A stretch of DNA of 63,036 nucleotides, the filler included, from Octopus bimaculoides (Eukaryota), in NCBI RefSeq assembly GCF_001194135.2. It is 9 parts of 8 records of this genome, joined end to end, with 100 filler letters (N's around TTAATTAATTAA, not from the genome) between each part and the next. Parts side by side here need not be neighbours in the genome. Positions count along the whole stretch, not along the records: positions 1 to 8,782 come from NC_068996.1; positions 8,883 to 18,776 come from NC_068988.1; 7 more parts are not named here. One strand, 5' to 3'. Below are positions 1 through 11,225 of this stretch, in pieces. The translations under genes were made by a program, and so were the position numbers. How positions within the stretch are numbered: the stretch's first letter is position 1; each line of letters begins with the position of its first letter. The notes below the pieces were generated by a model. It did no database searches and was not told the origin of the DNA. It was given only the letters and a program-made list of their open reading frames with translations.

Positions 1-39
<39 letters not shown>

Positions 40-47
40 AACGATGG

Positions 48-91
<44 letters not shown>

Positions 92-311
92 GTGGTGGTA
101 ATGATGACGATGAGGGTGGTGATGATGATAGTGATGCTGCTTCTGTTGCTGCTGTTGATGATGATGATGGTGGTGGTGATGATGATGATGATGATGATGA
201 TGACGAGGACGACGAAGGACGTTGACGATAATGATGACGATGATGTCGGTGATGATGGTGGTGTTGGCAGTGGTGGGGATGATGATGATGATGATGATGA
301 TGATATTGATG

Positions 312-343
<32 letters not shown>

Positions 344-640
344 GACGACGACGACGAACACGGTGTTTTGGTCCAGTGGTGGTCTTCGTGATCACGCTGA
401 CGGTGACGATCACGGTGTTGTTGATAATGATAATGATGACGTTGATGAAAACGGTATTGAGTGCTAATGGAACCTGGTCAGTATGATGGTGATAATGACG
501 ACAATGGTGGCGCTGCTGTTACTGCTGCTGCTGCTGCTGCTGTTTATGATGATGATGATGATGATGATAACTTCGACACTGATGGTGATGGTTATGATCA
601 TAATCTTGCCAATGATGGTCATGCTAATGGTCACATTTAG
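1..640. repeat. Degenerate (GAT)n/(GGT)/(GAC)/(GCT)n trinucleotide low-complexity tract
   Basis: Direct reading. The poly-Asp frame is broken by a stop at 223-225 and frame shifts. Confidence 0.9.
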
Positions 641-1457
641 CACCAGGTCATATTCTAATTGAGTAGACTCATAATAAAACTGTTTGCAACGGCGCCCACT
701 CTGCATTAACAAAACATGCCATATTTAAAAATTTCTTTTTTTTTTTTGACAATTCGTGTGAAATTTAAAGGAAATTTGACTTCTATTTTAACAGATAGAA
801 CACTCAAACCGTATTGTTGGAGAATAGTGAAGGTACGTATAAACGCCGCAATTGTTTATTAGAAGCATTTCACAAATTAATTAATTAGTGGTTAATAAAA
901 TATGAATTAGAGCCAATACGTACGTGTATACATACATACCTACACACACATACGTATATGTACATTCATATATACGGCAAATAAGAAAACGGAGAGGATA
1001 TAAAAACGACAGACATCAGGCGGTAGACATTCCAGTATGTCTAGTTATTCAAATGTATTAGATGAATACACACACATGTATGAGTGGTATAGATTAGCGA
1101 GTGGAAAAAACTGGTAACTGCATAAACAAGGATCTGAATACATGTAAGCATATAGAAACAAATGAGCAATTGACCAAATGAGCAAATTGGCAAAAAAAAC
1201 TAAACGAGTGTGCAGGTGCTTGTTCCTTACGGCCGTTTCTGTCAAGGGGCAACGAAATCTTCCAGGTTATCTTCATCTCATCAGTGTTAAGTAGGGATGA
1301 GCAGACAAGACTTGGAAAATGGATGTGCCCCTAGGCTTCTTCAGAGGGTCTAATTGGTTGGCGGGGCTAACACATGTAAAAGTCCGTTAAGAATAGCTAA
1401 GGTGTGTTTATCCTTTTAAATTTATCCTTTAACAAATTTAAAAGGATAAAATGAAAT

Positions 1458-2232
1458 AAGGCCATCGTGTAAATGTATATATATATGTGTGTGTTCGTGT
1501 GTGTGTGTTTGTATGTGTGTGCGTCTGCGGTGTGTATGTGTGTCTATCTGTCTGTGTTTGTCCCTATCCCACAGCTTGACAACCAATATTGGTGTGTTTA
1601 CTTCCCCGTAACTTAGCGGTTCGGCAAAAGAGAGGCAGATAGAATTCATTTATTTCTTTATTCTTTTACTTGTTTCATTCATTTGACGGCGACAATGCTT
1701 GAGCACTGCCTTTAGTAGATCAAATCGAACCCAGAGCTTATTCTCTGTAGGCCTAATACTTATTCTATCGGTCTCTTTTGCCGAAACGCTAAATTACGGG
1801 GACGTAAATGCACCAGTATCGGTTGTCAAGCAATGTGGGGGGATGAACACAGAGACACGAACATACACATACAAACACACACACATGCACATACACACGC
1901 ACACACACATACATATATATATGCATATACGACGAGTTTCTTCCAGTTTCCGAATACCAAATCCACTCACAAGGCTTTGGTCGGCTAAAGTAGAAGACAG
2001 TTGGCCAAGGNNNNNNNNNNGCTTTGGTCGGCTAAAGTAGAAGACAGTTGGCCAAGGTGCCACACAGTGGGATTGAACCCGGGGCCATGTGGTTCGTAAG
2101 CAAGCTACTTACCACATAGCCACTCCTGCGCCTAGGTTTACAAACAGTAAGTCATGTTGTCAAATTCTTCGAGTGAAAGCGGTGCTCCAGCATGGTCGCA
2201 GTCAAATTACTGAAACAAGTACAAGAATAAAG

Positions 2233-2233
<1 letters not shown>
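1458..2233 (+). mobile_element. SINE family A, older copy (3' half), split by a younger antisense copy
   Basis: 1555-1645 matches the A body (cttgacaacc...ccccgtaacttagcggttcggcaaaagag..gatagaat). It resumes at ~2133 (taggtttacaaa...gcggtgctccagcatggtcgcagtcaaattactgaaacaagt), as in the intact copy at 25048. Confidence 0.75.
1646..2132 (-). mobile_element. SINE family A (tRNA-derived, internal microsatellite), near full length
   Basis: Reverse complement of the 25048 copy, including the head GGCGCAGGAGTGGCTATGTGG. A short duplication across the 10-N gap at 2011-2020 is an assembly overlap. Confidence 0.9.
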
Positions 2234-2235
<2 letters not shown>

Positions 2236-2280
<45 letters not shown>

Positions 2281-2441
2281 GACGGGCTTCTTTCAGTTTC
2301 CGTCTACCAAATCCACGCACAAGGCTTTGGTCGGACCGAGTTTATAGTAGAAGAGACTTGCCTAAGGTGCCACGCAGTAGGACAGAACCCGGAGCAGGTG
2401 GTTGGGAAGCAAGCTTCTGACTACACAACCACTCCTGCGCC
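2236..2441 (-). mobile_element. SINE family A, 5' half ending in its (TA)n tract
   Basis: gacgggcttctttcagtttccgtctaccaaatccac...accactcctgcgcc. Confidence 0.85.
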
Positions 2442-2720
2442 TATATATAATATATATGTATGTATGTAGGTATGTATGCATGTATGTATGCATGTATTGT
2501 ATGTATGTATGTATGTACGTAGGTATGCATGTATGTATGCATGTATGTATGTACATACTTATACATCGGGCTTTGCAGGAAATTGGACAATGCGTGGTTA
2601 TAATGTAGTACACTTACTCAAAGTACCGCTCAGAGGTATTGAACCCGAAATTAGTCAGTGGTAAATTAAACACAGGACCATGCTCGTTCCTATATCTATC
2701 TGTCTATCTATCTATGTATA

Positions 2721-3228
2721 TTTATTCTTTTATTCTTTTACTTGTTTCAGTCATTTGCTTGTGGCCATGCTGGAGCACTGCCTTTAGTCGAACAAATCGA
2801 CTCCAGGACTTATTCTTTGTAAGTCTAGTACTTATTCAGTCGTTCCCTTTTACTGAACTGCTACGTTGCGCGGACCTAAGCACACCAGCATCGGTTGTCA
2901 AGCGATGGTGTGTGCGGTGGGGAAACAAGCACAGACACGCAAATACATACATGCATACNNNNNNNNNNNNNNNNNNNNNNNNNNNNNNNNNNNNNNNNNN
3001 NNNNNNNNNNNNNNNNNNNNNNNNNNNNNNNNNNNNNNNNNNNNNNNNNNNNNNNNNNNNNNNNNNNNNNNNNNNNNNNNNNNNNNNNNNNNNNNNNNNN
3101 NNNNNNNAATCCACTCACAAGGCTTTGTTCGGTCCGTGTCTATAGTAGAAGACACTTGCCCAGTGGGACTGAACTAGGAACCATGTGGTTGAGAAGCAAG
3201 CTTATTACCACGCAGCCACTCCTGCGCC
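2721..3228 (-). mobile_element. SINE family A, full length (gap in internal microsatellite)
   Basis: Tail ttcttttacttgtttcagtcatttg through to head gcagccactcctgcgcc. Confidence 0.9.
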
Positions 3229-3498
3229 TATATATATATGTATATATATATATTTAAATGCTGTATGCAAGCACACACACACATGTATATGTATTTCTGT
3301 ATGTACATTCGGAAACACAATCACGGGCGCAAGCTCCCAGGCGCGCGCGTACAAACACACACAAATACACAGAAACATTCACGCGTGTGTGTGCGCGCGA
3401 GCGTCCACACACACACAAACACACACACACCAAATCATATATTCTCTTTTTTGGCAAACCTCTCAGTTTAGGAGCCTCCTCTAAGTACCATTTTCTAG

Positions 3499-3587
3499 CT
3501 CTTCTTTCGTTGAAGAGGGGGCGTCGAAGCCAGGTGTACGACAGCGTTGTCGCCAGACTGGTGTCTATTGCCAGCACATTTCTGTAG
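3499..3587 (+). CDS. Candidate terminal coding exon (…ALLSLKRGRRSQVYDSVVARLVSIASTFL*), product not recognised
   Basis: Acceptor-like ccattttctag at 3488-3498. GC-rich non-repetitive frame ending in TAG, followed by T-rich 3'UTR-like sequence to ~4166. No homology recognised, and a minus-strand reading is also possible. Confidence 0.3.
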
Positions 3588-3879
3588 ATGGGTGGAGGAG
3601 TTAGCAGGAACGGGTGTATCAATGCAACGCCTTCCTGCCAGCCCCTGCCATAATTTTACTCTTGTTTCTAGTGTCTGTTGTTTATTTTGGATATTCAATA
3701 ACAGAAGAAGTACGTTAGGAAAAGAATTGATGCTAACGCTTGCCTAGCTTCATCACCTCGCCTTGTAGTTTTGCTTTGTGCTATTATCGTTATTAGTATT
3801 ATTGTCCCCCTCCCCTCATCCGTTCGCCCTTGTGGCAAATAGATGAAATCATTATCATTATTATTATCATTTGTTGTTG

Positions 3880-4461
3880 TAGATGTCGTCGTCATCATCG
3901 TCATCATCATCATCATCATCATTATTATTATTATTATTATTATTCTTCAGTATTTTTATTTTTATAACGTGCTTTCACTTCACTACCGAGCGCAGCTCTG
4001 TGCGCCTTGGGTATGTGCTGTGGTTTGCTGTGATGCTCTTATGGTTACTGTATTGAAAGTGTTTTGCGTAGAATGTGTGCAGTACCCAGTAGTGCAATTT
4101 TCTGTATGTTATATATATTTATAAGTCCTGGTGTTTTTGTTATGTATTTGTCTGAATATGTTTTTTNNNNNNNNNNNNNNNNNNNNNNNNNNNNNNNNNN
4201 NNNNNNNNNNNNNNNNNNNNNNNNNNNNNNNNNNNNNNNNNNNNNNNNNNNNNNNNNNNNNNNNNNNNNNNNNNNNNNNNNNNNNNNNNNNNNNNNNNNN
4301 NNNNNNNNNNNNNNNNNNNNNNNNNNNNNNNNNNNNNNNNNNNNNNNNNNNNNNNNNNNNNNNNNNNNNNNNNNNNNNNNNNNNNNNNNNNNNNNNNNNN
4401 NNNNNNNNNNNNNNNNNNNNNNNNNNNNNNNNNNNNNNNNNNNNNNNNNNNNNNNNNNNNN

Positions 4462-4528
<67 letters not shown>

Positions 4529-4600
4529 ATATTATTATTATTATTATTATTATTGTTGTCGTTGTAGTTGTTGTTGTAGATGTCGTCGTCATCATCATCA

Positions 4601-4663
<63 letters not shown>
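3880..4663. repeat. (CAT)n/(ATT)n tracts flanking a gap
   Basis: Direct reading at 3880-3945 and 4462-4663. Confidence 0.9.
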
Positions 4664-4664
<1 letters not shown>

Positions 4665-4881
4665 GTGCTTACTGGCTGGGCTGGGTTGAGTTTGGCTGGA
4701 TGGTTCGATCGAGGGATGGATAAATGGTTGACTGGGTGGGTGGGTAGCTGACTGGCCGGCTGGCTGCCTCGATATGTGACAGTGTGTAGGCTCCGTAGAG
4801 ACATATACGAAATATCAGGCAAAGATTCGCAAATACACCAAATACGCTTCACGCACGCATGCGCACAAACACAAACACACA

Positions 4882-4912
<31 letters not shown>

Positions 4913-5159
4913 TCTGTCTCTCTCGCTCTTTAACACACACAGACACATACATACACATACACAGACACGTGCGCACGCAGAGGCACATACACGCACACGT
5001 ACTTTGATGAATAGACAGGCAAAATTTCGACTGCATATTGCACACTAAAGAATTAAGCACGGTTACATGTAATACGCATACACTAACACAAACTAACATG
5101 AATAAATCCTGACACATATGCATCGCTTTCCTTTTGAAACTTTTGATATCACCTCGTAG

Positions 5160-5460
5160 GTGTGGATATGGCTGTATGGTACGAAGCTTGCTTCCCAACC
5201 TCATGGACCCGAGTTCACTCTCACTCCACGGCATATTGGGCAAGAGTCTTCTAGAGCTTTGGGTCAACCAATAACTAGTAAATTCGTTTGGTAGAAGGAA
5301 GCTGGAAGAAGCTTGTCGTATGCATTTACGCATTGTGTGTGTGTCTGTGTGTGCATGTTTCTGTCTGTGTTTATCACCCCCCATCACTTGACAACCGGTG
5401 TTGTTGCGTTTACGTCCCCATAACTTAGCAGTCCGGCGAAAGAGCCTGAGAGAATCAGAA
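5160..5460 (+). mobile_element. SINE family A, old diverged copy
   Basis: tggctgtatggtacgaagcttgcttcccaac...gggcaagagtcttct...cttgacaaccggtgttg..cgtcccataacttagcag. Confidence 0.75.
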
Positions 5461-5778
5461 AAGTGATTAAAATATCCAACTATATCCAACAATCAGACAC
5501 CAATAAATGCAAGTAAAATACACATCCAAGGCAATTCTTCCTGTATGACATAGATACAAATATTTAGAAGAATTTTGAGAAATTCTAAACAAGAAAAAGA
5601 CGAATCGAAAAAAAATTCATCTTTAATTGTAGAATTTACCTTATGATGCCGACAATTGTTTCTTTTGTATCAACAACATATTTAGCTTAAGAAAATAATG
5701 AAATTAATATTTTTCGAAGCTTCAGGTTAACACTACGGTTTCAAAGAGATCTACAAGTTGTTTCATTCAGAGTGAATT

Positions 5779-5815
<37 letters not shown>

Positions 5816-6474
5816 GTGCGCGTGTGTGTGTGTGCATATCCATGTATGCGTGTGTGTGTGACTGTGTGTGTTTTGGTATGATTTATTCACCATTACACGT
5901 GTTTCATTTACTAATAGGAATTACAGAACTGTACATGTCGGTAAAACATGGTAAGATATTTCCTCTTAGAGATTATTAGAATCGGATAAATGTTTATGTC
6001 CCCGTAATTCACCAAAAGAGACCAAATATATACTAGACTTCCAAAAATTGCTGGGGCTTGCTCTGTTTGACTAAACTCTTCGAAACGGTGCGCATGATCA
6101 ATAAAAACTGGAATTTTGTATCTGGTTTGTATCTGTATCTCATTATGTGAATTCACGCAAATTTTGTTACATGGGGCGTTATATTGTCTTAATGTATAAA
6201 TATCTAACACAATCTCCGGTTCAATTTCCACTCATCTATTATTCATAATTTTTATAATTTGTTTATTTATTTATATATTTAATTTTTTTCTGTACTTTTT
6301 TTTATTCATTTTTCAAAAATGTTTTTTTTTAATATTTCAAGAATATTTTAATATATTCTTTTATTTTTTATTCTTTTAATAAAAGATATAAATAATAATT
6401 GAGTGGAAATTGAACTGGTGAGTGTGTTAGATATTAAATCATTAAAGTAGTGTGACTCGCCGCAGATAAAAAAA

Positions 6475-7135
6475 AAAAAACTTGATATAAGTCCATATCC
6501 GGTTCCAATCACTTCTCTTGACAAGGTGAAAATATCATATCCATAGTACTCTTACCACCTCTAAACCCACATTGTGATTCTGGTAGAACCACATCGGCAA
6601 TGAGCAGATGCAATCTATCCAGCATTACCCAACAAAGGACCTTTCCAGCCACAGCTAACACATAAATGCCACGAAAATTATTGCAGATATCCTGTCCCTC
6701 ATTCGATTTATAGAGTATATCCATAATCACATCCCACTAATCCTGAGGAACCACTTCACTATGCCAAACCTTCTGAATCACATCTGTCAACATTGTACAG
6801 AGATATTCACCACCATATCTGTATATCTCTGCACCTAATCCATTCATACCAGGGGCCTTTCCATTGTTCAATTTCCCAATCGCTACTTTTATCTCAGCCA
6901 GGTTTGGAACCTCCGCAAAAAGATGTTTCGTTGGTCTTTCAGATATATTATCAAAAAACAGAGAAATCAACTTCAGTGAGTCTATTGAACAACTCATCAA
7001 AATGCTCTTTCCATCTCCCAACAATATCTTTAGAATTTGTTAAGAACTCTGTGTCATCATTGCTACGAAGTGAAGCAACCGTTGATGAAGTTGGATCATA
7101 AACTTTTTCAAGAGAGAGTAAAGTTTTGAATTGTT
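6475..7135 (-). mobile_element. RTE-clade (BovB-like) LINE reverse-transcriptase fragment, decayed
   Basis: Minus-strand translation with frameshifts/stops: LKKVYDPTSSTVASLRSNDDTEFLTNSKDIVGRWKEHFDELFN…EIKVAIGKLNNGKAPGMNGLGAEIYRYGG…VVPQD…CNNFRGIYVLAVAGKVLCWVMLDRL…VLPESQCGFRGGKSTMDMIF (RT domains 0-2 typical of RTE). Confidence 0.92.
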
Positions 7136-7157
7136 AGCATTTAAAATACATCTCTCT

Positions 7158-7208
7158 GTACGCGGCTGGGAAGCAAGCTTCCCACCACACAGCCACGCCT
7201 GCGCCTCT
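7158..7208 (-). mobile_element. SINE family A head fragment
   Basis: gggaagcaagcttcccaccacacagccacgcctgcgcc. Confidence 0.7.
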
Positions 7209-7437
7209 ATGTGTATATATTTACGTACCTTACTCAACGCACTAATTGGCATATACCCATTGGTCAAAAAAATTACACACTCACACAAACACATACACAC
7301 ACACATTCATGGCTACATGCATGCATATGTCCATATATGTATATGCTTGCATGTATCACGTTCATATGTGGGTGTTTACGTGACTGGTTGCGTATGTTGA
7401 TATTTACGTATATGTATTTATGTGATTATGTGTGTAT

Positions 7438-8026
7438 ACTCTTTTACTCTTTTACTTGTTTCAGTCATTTGACTGCGGCCATGCTGGAGCACAGCCTTTA
7501 GTCGAGGAAATCGACCGCTGGACTTATTCTTTGTAAGCCTAGTACTTATTCTATCGGTCTATTTTGCCGAACCGCTAAGTTACGGGACATAAACATACCA
7601 GCATCGGTTGTCAAGCAATGCTAGGAGGACAAACACAGACACACAAACATACAAGCACACACACATATATATACATATATACGACGGGCTTCTTTCAGTT
7701 TCCGTCTACCAAATCCACGCATAAGGCTTTGGTCGGCNNNNNNNNNNTTTTGCCGAACCGCTAAGTTACGGGACATAAACATACCAGCATCGGTTGTCAA
7801 GCAATGCTAGGAGGACAAACACAGACACACAAACATACAAGCACACACACATATATATACATATATACGACGGGCTTCTTTCAGTTTCCGTCTACCAAAT
7901 CCACGCATAAGGCTTTGGTCGGCCCGAGACTAAAGTAGAAGACACTTGCCCAAGATGCTACGTAGTGGGACTGAAGCCGGAACCATGTGGTTGGTAAGCA
8001 AGCTACTTACCACACAGCCACTCCTA
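7438..8026 (-). mobile_element. SINE family A, full length; ~190 bp duplicated across a 10-N gap
   Basis: Tail to head match to family A. 7548-7737 is repeated at 7748-7927 either side of the N run. Confidence 0.9.
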
Positions 8027-8524
8027 TGTATATAAAAATGTATTACATGCTTTTTTTCAGTTCGAACAATAATAAGAGTGTCATTTTACAGTCTATTATT
8101 TTACAAAAAGAGGGCAAAAGGAAAGAAAAAAAAAAGGCGTACGTGCATTTCTACACATGTGACGACGCATCTTTGGAAAGTCGATATGCTAAATAAAATC
8201 AGGCGAAATTGTTTTTGACTGAAGCGTCGTTTAACTCGTGCGCCTAGGGTTGCAAACATTCTGCAGCAGATGGTGTCATTCCTTGTTTTGGATGGATGCT
8301 GAGTCTAGTAATTGCATCCCTATCTGAATTAAAAATCTTTTCCTCCCGCCTCGTAGACCTGCCTGCTATTTATATGGCAGTTTCTCTGGCTCTCTATCTG
8401 TATCTCACAATGTTACAGGCCTAATTACAGTTTGACAGTGAGATGGCTCTTATTATTATCCTGGATATATGGAGCTTTTATGTGGTGATTTAACAAACGG
8501 GCATTTCACAGAATATACATGCAA

Positions 8525-8555
<31 letters not shown>

Positions 8556-8556
8556 C

Positions 8557-8600
<44 letters not shown>

Positions 8601-8782
8601 TTTCGTGCCTTACTCAACGCACTAATTGATATATACCCATTGGTCCCCAAAATTACACACACACACATATATATGTATATTCACATTCATGGCTACATGC
8701 ATGCATATGTATCACGTTCATAAGTGGGTGTTTGCGTGACTGGTTGCGTATGCCGACAAATGTTTCCGCTTTTAGGACGAAA

Positions 8783-8882
8783 NNNNNNNNNNNNNNNNNN
8801 NNNNNNNNNNNNNNNNNNNNNNNNNNTTAATTAATTAANNNNNNNNNNNNNNNNNNNNNNNNNNNNNNNNNNNNNNNNNNNN
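8783..8882. other. Assembly linker N44-TTAATTAATTAA-N44 (also at 18777-18876, 21567-21666, 29291-29390, 31193-31292, 35642-35741, 58245-58344, 60480-60579)
   Basis: Eight identical 100-bp blocks. The 12-mer has TAA stops in all six frames, typical of artificial scaffold joins. Confidence 0.95.
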
Positions 8883-9151
8883 ATCGTGGCGAAGGTGAAT
8901 CGCACACACAGAATCGAAGAGAGATGTGCCGCGGTAGTTTGGTAGCTGGTGTACGTGGAAAGTCGTGTTGACGATGTTGGTGGCGAATCTTGTAGTTCGT
9001 AGTTGAAGTGGTGTTGACGCTGGCGGCGATGCTGGTAGTAGTCGTAGAGTCGTGTTGCTGCTGGTAGTCGTAATTGGAGATGCTGTTGATGTCGTCGCTG
9101 GAACTGCTGCTGCTGATCTGTGTGGTACACGGAACAGTCTCTAAGAGAACT
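8883..9151 (-). other. Candidate 5'UTR/first exon running into the scaffold join
   Basis: ~260 nt CpG-rich, CAN-triplet-rich. From 9140 down to 8883 it has no ATG and no stop in any of the three minus frames (my translation). It lies directly downstream of the Inr-like motif. Confidence 0.35.
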
Positions 9152-9440
9152 GAACCGAGACAAATTTTGCCGCTGAATTTAGGCTATTTAAAGCAAAATA
9201 GGGGCTCCAGAGAGGTATTCGAAAAACACTATCACGTGACCTTATTAGGAGCTGTGATTGGTCAGTTTGCGTTCTGGCGGGAACGGTACGAAGCAGTTGC
9301 CGCTTCAAATAATAATCAGTCACGTGATGACAGGGAAAGATGTTTTCTACTACGCCCGCGCTTGTTTATATATAATAGTCAGAAGATGGTTTGTTTGTAT
9401 AAAAATGGCGATAGTAGTTTTGTATATAATGGCGATAGGT
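9140..9440. promoter_or_regulatory. CpG-rich promoter-like region (E-box pair, CCAAT/NF-Y, E2F-like, YY1-like, Inr-like)
   Basis: ATCACGTGAC 9231-9240 and its exact reverse complement GTCACGTGAT 9319-9328; CTGACCAATCACAG on minus around ATTGG 9257-9261; GGCGGGAA 9276-9283; AAAATGGCG 9402-9410; minus-strand TCAGTT at 9153-9148. Confidence 0.55.
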
Positions 9441-9475
9441 AGTTTCACTACAGATATATTTCACATGATTTATAA

Positions 9476-9575
9476 GCGTAGGAGTGGCTGTGTGGTAAGT
9501 AGCTTGCTTACGAACTACATGGTTCCGAGTTCAGTCCCACTGCCTGGCACCTGTCTTCTATTATAGCCTCGGGCT
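9476..9575 (+). mobile_element. SINE family A 5' portion with internal deletion
   Basis: gcgtaggagtggctgtgtggtaagtagcttgc…gagttcagtcccactgc…ctattatagcctcgggc. Confidence 0.85.
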
Positions 9576-9580
9576 ATATA

Positions 9581-9611
<31 letters not shown>

Positions 9612-9811
9612 TGTATATGTATGCATTTTTATTAAGTAGTAGTAGTCGTCGTCGTAGTAGTAGTAGTAGTGCATGCCATGTCTCATACTGGTGTATAAGA
9701 AAAGCGTTAAGTTCACGTATTTAAAAGCGGCACGTGTGAGTGTTTTTGATTCAATCGTCCACTCCAGTTTTTGATGCGTACTTCACTTTGGCATCGCCTC
9801 TCCTGGACCAA

Positions 9812-10560
9812 CAGCTACCAATCTGCATTTCGACCGGTTACCTACGAATGTCCGCGACTGTTTACCATTAACCACTATACGAATCTTTATGGAATTAATT
9901 AGAAAATACGTTCTAAAAAAGACACACATAAGTGGGACAGGAAAACATTCAGGAAACGGAGAGGAATGGAAAGAAACGGAAAAGAAAGAAAAAAGAAGAC
10001 AGAAAGAAGACAAATTCGACGCCTATCTGTGTCCATAGTAACAAATAACCTATATTCTATCCGCAGCCTACCGTTATCTGCCACAGCATCCGGCCTCCAT
10101 TTCGCCTCGCTTTCTTTCTATGTCTATAGCAACAAGTGGTCTGTATTTTATCCGGCTGTCTACCGTTATATACCACAACATCCGGCCTCCATTTCGCCTG
10201 GTTGGCTATCTGTATCTATAGCAACAAGTGGCCTATATTTTGTCCGTCTGTCTACCGTTATCTACCACAACATCCGACCTCACTTTCGCCTGGCTGGCTA
10301 TTTTGTCCGGCTGTCTACCGTTATCTACCACAACATCTGGCCCCACTTTCGTCTGGCTGGGTATCTGTGTCTACAAGAACAACCGATCTGCATTTCGTCC
10401 GGTTATCTACGAATGTCCACGACTGTTTACCATTAACTACTATACGAATCTTTATGGAATAAATTAGACGATATGTTTTTAAAGACATATAAGTTGGACA
10501 GGAAAAATTCAGGAAACGGAGAAGAATGGAAAGAAACGAAATAAAAAGAAAGAAAGAAAG
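9812..10560. repeat. 92-bp minisatellite (~4.5 units) bracketed by a ~190-bp direct duplication
   Basis: catccggcctcc motif at 10087, 10179, 10271 (period 92) and 10334 (63, deleted unit). 9820-10005 is repeated at 10385-10560. Confidence 0.85.
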
Positions 10561-10663
10561 AAAGAGAGAAAGAAATATGATAAGATTGATAGATACGTAA
10601 TCAAATAGACAGATACTTACACAACCAGAAAGAGAGACATAGACAAACTGACAAACAGACGAT

Positions 10664-10669
<6 letters not shown>

Positions 10670-10727
<58 letters not shown>
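10670..10727. repeat. (GATA)n microsatellite
   Basis: Direct reading. Confidence 0.95.
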
Positions 10728-11180
10728 GTAGAAATAAAAAAAATATTCAGGAAGGAAAGATGGTGAGAACGAAGGAAAGACGCAACACTAAGGCAATAAA
10801 TAAATAAATGAATAAAGGAGAACGACGAAAGAAATCGGTCAGGCCATATGGGCGTAAAAGTATACGATGTATATTTTCAACATAGAAATTTTACATAACC
10901 AGTTCACACATACACACATATACATTCAAATGTACACACACGTGCACATATACGTACACCAACAGGCACACACACTGAGACATACACACACGCACACACA
11001 TACACACACACATACACACACACACTGGTACACACACATATTAAATGATGAATGAATATTATGGATAAGTGTTAATTGTTACGTTCCTTTATTATTATGT
11101 TATACACACACACAGACACACACACACACACACATATATATATGTGTGTGTTTGCATATATGTATGTGTGTATGTGCGTG

Positions 11181-11225
<45 letters not shown>

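Noticed and set aside
2-467. Poly-Met/poly-Asp ORFs suggesting an acidic (biomineral-type) protein
   Set aside because: They are readings of a (GAT)n tract. The Asp frame has stops and shifts, and no splice or start context is evident.
1350-1370. ATTGG + GGCGGGG promoter motif pair
   Set aside because: It is an isolated pair without CpG-island context or a nearby exon, and is expected by chance.
1981-2057. Apparent tandem duplications at 1971-2057, 7548-7927 and 49470-49600
   Set aside because: Identical sequence either side of 10-N gaps indicates unmerged contig overlaps.
8827-8838. TTAATTAATTAA as a recurrent biological motif (homeodomain/PacI site or CRISPR-like repeat)
   Set aside because: It is always centred in exactly 100 bp with 44 N each side, so it is an assembly linker.
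10023-10380. CRISPR-like array or repeat-encoded 156-aa protein
   Set aside because: There are no unique spacers, the context is eukaryotic, and the 92-bp period shifts frame each unit, so it is a minisatellite.
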